Shown here one piece after another: positions 57,645-64,000 of a stretch of 64,000 nucleotides of DNA. This stretch comes from the human T2T-CHM13v2.0 reference genome, Homo sapiens. Within the stretch, counting starts at the first letter, position 1, and each line of letters starts with the position of its first letter. Below the pieces are notes generated by a model. That model saw only the letters and a program-made list of their open reading frames with translations, was not told the DNA's origin and searched no databases. The position numbers and the translations under genes were made by a program. The stretch lies in assembly GCF_009914755.1 (NCBI RefSeq), contig NC_060928.1; one strand, 5' to 3'.

Positions 57645-59660
57645 TTTTGGAAGATTGTATTTCTAAGATGGCCACACCAAAATCTCCCATTCCTAATCTT
57701 CTCCTGAAATGTGACCTTAGCACTCTCCAGTCAAGAGGTAGAGTCTGCTTTTCCCTTTGAATCTAGAATGCCCTCAGGGACTGTTTTGACAAAGAACATG
57801 GCAAAAGTAATGTCCTGAGATTTCTGATCCCAGGCCTTAAGAAGGCCTGAAAACATCCGTTTTTCAGTTCTCAGTAGTACTGACTCATCCTATAATATGT
57901 CTAGCTACTTTGCAGGATAGGCCACCTAGAGACCAAGAGACATTTAGTCTGTATAGAAAGAGTAAAACGTCGGTTATTACAGCCTCCAAACTGAAGAGTG
58001 AAACACAGCCACAAGAATAACACTGGTAAGACCCTGAGGAAAAAGCAAAACAAAACAGAACCCAGCCCAGCCCTTATTGAGGAAGTGTATACAAATAAAC
58101 TGGTTATTGTTATTGTTTGAAGTTACTAACTTCTGATGTAGTTTGTAGTGCAGCAATGGATAACTAAAACATAATTAATATCTGGAAGCAGGATCCTGCT
58201 GTAATAGAAACCTAAAACATGTAGCATTGACTTTGGGAATTGTTAGTGGGAACAGGTCTAAAGTTACTCAAGGAGAATATTAGTGGAGTTTTAAGGGAAG
58301 TGAGAAAACTGCTATTGCCTGCAACAGATAAAATTATAGAAAAAAAAAGGGATATACAAGTTATCACATGCTGCTAGCACAGCAAAATTAGCAAAAGTGT
58401 GGCCAGGAATAACATGGAATATTAAAAGTGTACCCAATGTACTTAGTTCTGGCTAAGATTTTCATACAAAATGATGTAAGTGCCAACTGTCTTATTTTAG
58501 ATTCCCATGAAAAAGTACATAAGAAACGAGATGTACTAAAGGAGATACTGTTCCATTTTCAAGCAGAATTTGGTGAAAATATTAAAAAGCCAGTATTTGC
58601 TGAGATCAAAGATGAAATTGTTTTTCCTCCTTGGTCACCCCCTAACAAACAACTACCCTAGTGAAAAAGGACTCTTTGCAAAGATGGAATCCATAATGTT
58701 TCAGGAATAAATATCAAATCAAAGGTCTACTGTGAAATCCTTTGATAAGTTGTTAAACAGATTTAACAAGGTGCCCTACATTTTAGCTAGACAAATGGGC
58801 TTCTATCAGTCCTAAGGAATTTCTTAATGACTCACCTTTGATTCAACACAAAAAAACGTTTAAGAAAATTGTCCCACAGAACTCTGAAGTATAGCAGAGA
58901 CAAGCTTATCTCAAAGAGATTTGGGGGTATGAATTATGTCAAATGGAGTAAATTTATAATTTGGTATCTAGAAAACCTATGAGGTTTTAAAATAACTTAT
59001 ATATCCATGAGCTGGAGAGATACAGACATTTTAAAATTAAAAAGTTGCCTTTTTGCCTCCAAATTCCTTCAGGCAGGTAGCATGCTGAGAAGCTTTTCAG
59101 TTGCTCATAAATGCCTTCCTCACAGAAAATGAACATTTACTTAGTGGGAAGAGCAAAGAACAACAAAGAAGCAATCCAGGGGAGCAGAATTGCCCTAATC
59201 AAAGAACTGAACTCACAAATTCATTTGCCTGGCTGAATTTTAGAATTGCTGTGAACCTGTGATGTTTATGTGCCTACAGCTCTGCTCTCTTTTACTTATA
59301 TGTATCTAGAAGTCATCTTGTCTTTGTCTCCACATTATATGTTTGATAAATGGAGGGCAAATAAATTAACTTCCTGGTTTGCCTTTGGACTAAGAGAAGC
59401 TACGTCCAAGTAGCTGATCCTGAGGTACCAGCCCTGGGAAGCATCATTCAGAAATTGATATGACTTAAATTATGAGATGATAGACTTCAAGCAAATGCTG
59501 TAATGGGATGAGAGTTTTGCGGAAGGAGTAAGGATTTTTTTTTGTGGGACATATTTGAATATTTATGACCAGGAAGCAACCAGTGGTCAAAGATGGCTAC
59601 AACAATATCTTTCATTCCACAAGCTTTTACACAATGTGACATTAGCATTTTGCCATCATA
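57645..59660 (+). mobile_element. MLT1 (G/H-like) element: LTR to 58171, internal region, truncated 3' LTR from ~59581
   Basis: aagatggccaca...aatgtgacctt recurs at ~59590; LTR end gcagcaatggataactaaaaca; internal gaaacctaaaacatgtagcattgactttgg. Confidence 0.85.
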
Positions 59661-62600
59661 ATAATTAAATGTATGGAATGATGCAACATTAAGAAAATAT
59701 ATACGCCACATACTTACACTGTTTTCCTAAATCCTAAATTAAACCACACCTATTGCTGATAAAAGAAAAAAGAAAAAATGATAATGTAAAATAATTAACA
59801 AATGTTTCTGATATAGCTAAAAAATGACAGTGTTCCCATTAATCTCTATAACATAAATCTTCAGAACTCATATTTTAGTGTTTCAGAGAACAATTGAATA
59901 TCTATATTGAATATAGATATATAATAAACATTTTAAAAGGCAAATGAATTGTGACAGAACATATAGTTCTTCTGGTTGAGTCCTTTTCATTTTGTACATA
60001 GAATATTTCTTATTCTGCTTTTATTTTTCCTTTCCTTTATCCTATTATTCCTAGTAGTTTATCCCTATTTTCTTTTTTAAGTCACCAAATTTTATTTATG
60101 CAATTCTATTTCTGTCTAAGCTAAAGTATAGCATAAAACCTAATATCTAAAAACACAAGACATCAGTTTGTAATGCTCAAATATCAAATTAAATATTAGA
60201 AATGAAATATTAGCCTTAAAACCACCCACACAAAGTTTTTGTATAGTATTCGTTTTTATGTGACAAGCTACTCTTTCTGAATTTGCTTTCTAGTATCGCA
60301 TTTAGTGTTCAGATTCTATAAGGCAATATAAGGGAGTAATATATTATGCAGTTCGGTTTGAAAAAAATAGATCTCAAAAACTAAGGAAATGCAGGTAAAC
60401 TCTATATTAATTATCTGTATTTACAGTGTTCAAAGGAAACTCAGTTTCTTGGTAGTCAAGCTACTTATTTTGCCAAATATTATAATTTTAAATGTTTGGG
60501 AAAGGGATGGTCAAGACAAAAAAAAAAAAAAACACAGAACTACAAAGTAAGCCAAATTCTAAAATTTTAACTTTCCATTGAAATTCTACATAAATTCCAC
60601 ATAAGAAGTTTGGTAAAATAAAATAAAATAAAATAAGTAAATAAATGGCTGAATTAATTTATTGAGCTTATTAACATCTGTATATATCAGTAAGTAGCTA
60701 TTATCCACATGAATCTAAATATTTGCTGTTTTTTCCTTAAATTTTACTATTGTGAGAAGAAAGAAATGTTTTTTGTGCTTCCAAGTTTCATGAGTACATT
60801 AAACAAATACTCCAAAATGATTTACACACACAAACATGCATAAATATGTTGAAAATCAATGACAACCAATATGTCCTAAAAATTAGATGACTAACACTTT
60901 AATAAAGGCAAAATATTTAGTAATATCATTTTCAGCAATTTTATTGTATTGCCTTAAACCTAAAAACATCTTAAAATAACCTATTTATATGCCCCCCCAA
61001 AAGTATTTTCAATAAGAATATACCGTAAAGAGAATAGCAAAAATAACTTGCAATTTTTCATTTGCTTTTTAGCGATTATAAGTACTTGCCTAGGTCAATA
61101 TGGAATTCTAACAGTTGAACAGAATGTCCTTTGTATCCCTAGGCAGACAAAATAGAGCTGCCTCAGGGAAAAGAATTTATTAAACACACTCCCCAAGACA
61201 CATGCTGAACTCAAAATTACACAGCATGCATCTAGTCTCAAAAGATTCTGATTTGCTTTTCAGTCAAATGTTTCCCGCTGCTAGAAAAAATGTAAGCTTT
61301 GTTTCATGAAAAGCTTTAACCTGAGAATTACTGCACTGCCATGGTTACCCAGCAAAATAGATTGCATAACCTAGAAGGTAGCAAGAAAACATTAGGTTTG
61401 GAAAATAAAATGATCTTCCTGTTGGAAAATCATAACGTGTACCCCCTATGTTTGTGTAGGCATCTGTACAGCTTAGCCCATTCTCTCAGAAGATCCTAAC
61501 TCTGAAGGAAGTTCCCACAGAGCAATATGTGTATCCCGGCAGTGTGTGAATCATTTCTCTTATCTAATAATCTCCTACAAATGTACCTTTGGTTATGCTT
61601 TGACTTTGCTGAAAGGTGAGACTCACCATGTGGCATTCATTTTGTCTGCCAAGTATTTCTTCAGGAGTTGTTTGTTTCTCTGCTGTTATACTTTAGACAG
61701 AAGTTCATGACTCCATTAAGAAAGAGAAAATAATATCCATATTAAAATGCTATTAAAAATAATCAATTTTCCTGGTTAGTTCCATCTTTTCCTTTTTTTT
61801 TTTTTTTAAAAAAAGCAGAGTTCCTGTGAGCATTTTACACAGGAAAAAAGAAGCATTATTAAAGCTGAGTTGTATAAGAAAAATAAGCATTCTTTAAAAT
61901 ACAAATGAGGAAATAGTTTTAAAATTTACTTATTCCTTTTACTTCTCAAGCATTAAAGAAAATCAAAACAGAAAATAACACAAGCAGGCAGCATATACAC
62001 TAACGACTACTTGCCATCTCAATCTAAGAAAAGCTAGAAAATAATTAGCAAAACTCTTGATTAAATACATCCTTTGCTACATGCCCAATTATAATCATTT
62101 CACTATAATGTGTAAGGGAATTAGTAACTTAAAAATGTCAATTATTTAACATTATTGATTATGTTACATAAACAAAATATGTGACTTCAATACAAATGCT
62201 TCAGTTAAGTTCTAGTATGACAGAAAAAGGCAATACTTTTCTCCCCATTGTGTTTTCTAACTTATTTTTCAAATTTTGAGAAATCATCTACCAACGGAAA
62301 TCTCCCAATTAGTAGAGAAAGTTATACTTCTGTTATTTAAAATCTTTAGTTAAAATAAGCATACATTTCTGCCAATTTCATTTTGTTAGCTAAAATTACT
62401 TTCAATTATCCTACACTCAATATCAGATAATTACTTGGAAACTATGATTTAAAAATTGTTATGTTGAGTTAGAATTTTTAGAAAGGGTGGTAATACTGTA
62501 AGTGTTCATTCCATTATTTGCCTTCTGTTTGCAACACTTTTAGAGAATCTATTGGAGAAATGCATATGATTTCAAAATATTAATAAGGAAAACATAAATT

Positions 62601-62749
62601 AGCAAGTTATCACTAACATTTTTCATCCTTTTTGTATCTACATACACATTCTTCTGATGCCTACATTTCTCATTATCCCTAGGTTTTCTATTATTTATTC
62701 CATTCTTATGTTATTGCCTCAATATAACTTACTAAGGCTGAGGCTTAAC

Positions 62750-63930
62750 AAATTTTAATGATGACAGCCTGAGAACCAGTTCCCCTGACTGTGTGCAGGA
62801 AGTGGAACAGGAACAAGCAGCTATAGACAGCCCTTACTAAGTGAACTCTAGTGAAAGATGAAAATTCAATAAGAACTTTTCTCTTTCCTGAAAACAAGGG
62901 TGTGTGATTAGGGCATTTGTTTTGTAAATTGAAGAATTTCAAGAAAGAAAAACATAGTCTAGTCCCCATGAGTCCACTGTGGGTCAGGTAGGCTCTCATA
63001 TAATGACTCAGTTTTTATTTCGGATGCAAACCATGCTGACCACCTTTAAATAGAGAACTTGTTAATGAGGCATCATGTTCCTAGAGTGGCTGAAATATTT
63101 AAAGGTATGTGTCATTTTTATGTAAGATGTTAAAAGAATTTTAATACAAAGTCCATGTTCCTCAAATTTCATAATAAATTTAAGATTTAGAAAAATCTCC
63201 TCATAAAGATCTGCTTTAGCATTTGAGAAAACTTACTTTTTTCTTGATTATATGTAATACTGTTGAATTTTGTTGTTATTTAATTATAAAAGCTTTTATA
63301 TATCACAAAACAAGGATGTTCACATTGAAACTAAAGAAAAGTGCATGATTATACAGTTTAGGCAAATGTTACTTAGAAATTTCCACAGTAAAATCTACAG
63401 CTGGAAAGGTAAAAAGCAACCTGAAAAAAAAAATAATGATCTTGAAATCTGCAACAAATAGTTGCACATTTTAACTAAAATAAAAAAACAAGAAACAAAA
63501 ATACAACAATAGCATGGATTGTCGATTTATTTTTAACTATTGCTTCATTAAAAAAATAATATCTGGATTTCTTGCAAAGATAGGATAAAAACAGAAGTGA
63601 AAAGTCTCTCTCCCACAATATTTAACAAAATAAAAAAAAAGTAAAAATAACAACAAAACTCACAAGCACAACCCAAATTATGAAAGGAGTACAACAGAAT
63701 ATGCAGCCAGAAAAAGTAGAATGCCAAAGCAAGAAAACAGATGATCTCAGCACCATCACGCCTTGCCCCATCTCTCAAGAAGCCAGTACTTAAGGAATGA
63801 TGAGTCACAAAAATCCTGTAAATTCTCATCAATACTCTGTAGTTTTTAGTGAACCTAACTGAGGGAGTGACTCACGAGCCCTAGGAAAATCAGGATAAGT
63901 CTAACTACAAACAACTTACGTAATACAGGG
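62750..63930. promoter_or_regulatory. Candidate enhancer (AP-1 x3, ETS, TEAD, PAR-bZIP motifs)
   Basis: TGACTCA 63004, TGAGTCA 63801, TGACTCA 63868, CAGGAAGTG 62796, GGAATG 63794, TTACGTAA 63916; motif evidence only. Confidence 0.35.
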
Positions 63931-64000
63931 AAATATCAGTGAGAAAGTATCATCAAGAGTTTCTATCTTCAGGCACACTGTAATAAGTGTGCCTGAATGA

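Noticed and set aside
63548-63832. 94-aa hydrophobic minus-strand ORF
   Set aside because: F/L/I richness reflects T-rich composition; no family resemblance

Overview
AT-rich, CpG-poor human genomic DNA (a human-specific AluYb8 fixes the species), intergenic or deep intronic. I recognise no host protein-coding gene, RNA gene or CpG island. The supplied ORFs I could interpret fall in Alu, LTR, L1 or low-complexity sequence. Well over half the window is transposon-derived: about 16 LTR elements (THE1, MST, LTR12, MER52, LTR1, LTR47, MLT1, MER11, MER67), including two MaLR elements with internal sequence; a dead 4.9-kb L1PB1; older L1M pieces; 8 Alus; L2/MIR; and DNA transposons (MER33, MER2, MER44). 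Many carry readable target-site duplications (TSDs). Subfamily names come from my recall of consensus sequences, not a database search. I found no well-supported novel biological system. Best leads: (i) a THE1 LTR with a perfect DUX4 site and splice donor upstream of two exon-like segments; (ii) a 1.75-kb in-place L1 inversion with templated breakpoint duplications; (iii) a 39-bp dispersed duplicate with reciprocal CpG decay; (iv) two motif clusters in unique DNA (about 33.2 kb and 62.8-63.9 kb); (v) a very young AluYb8.
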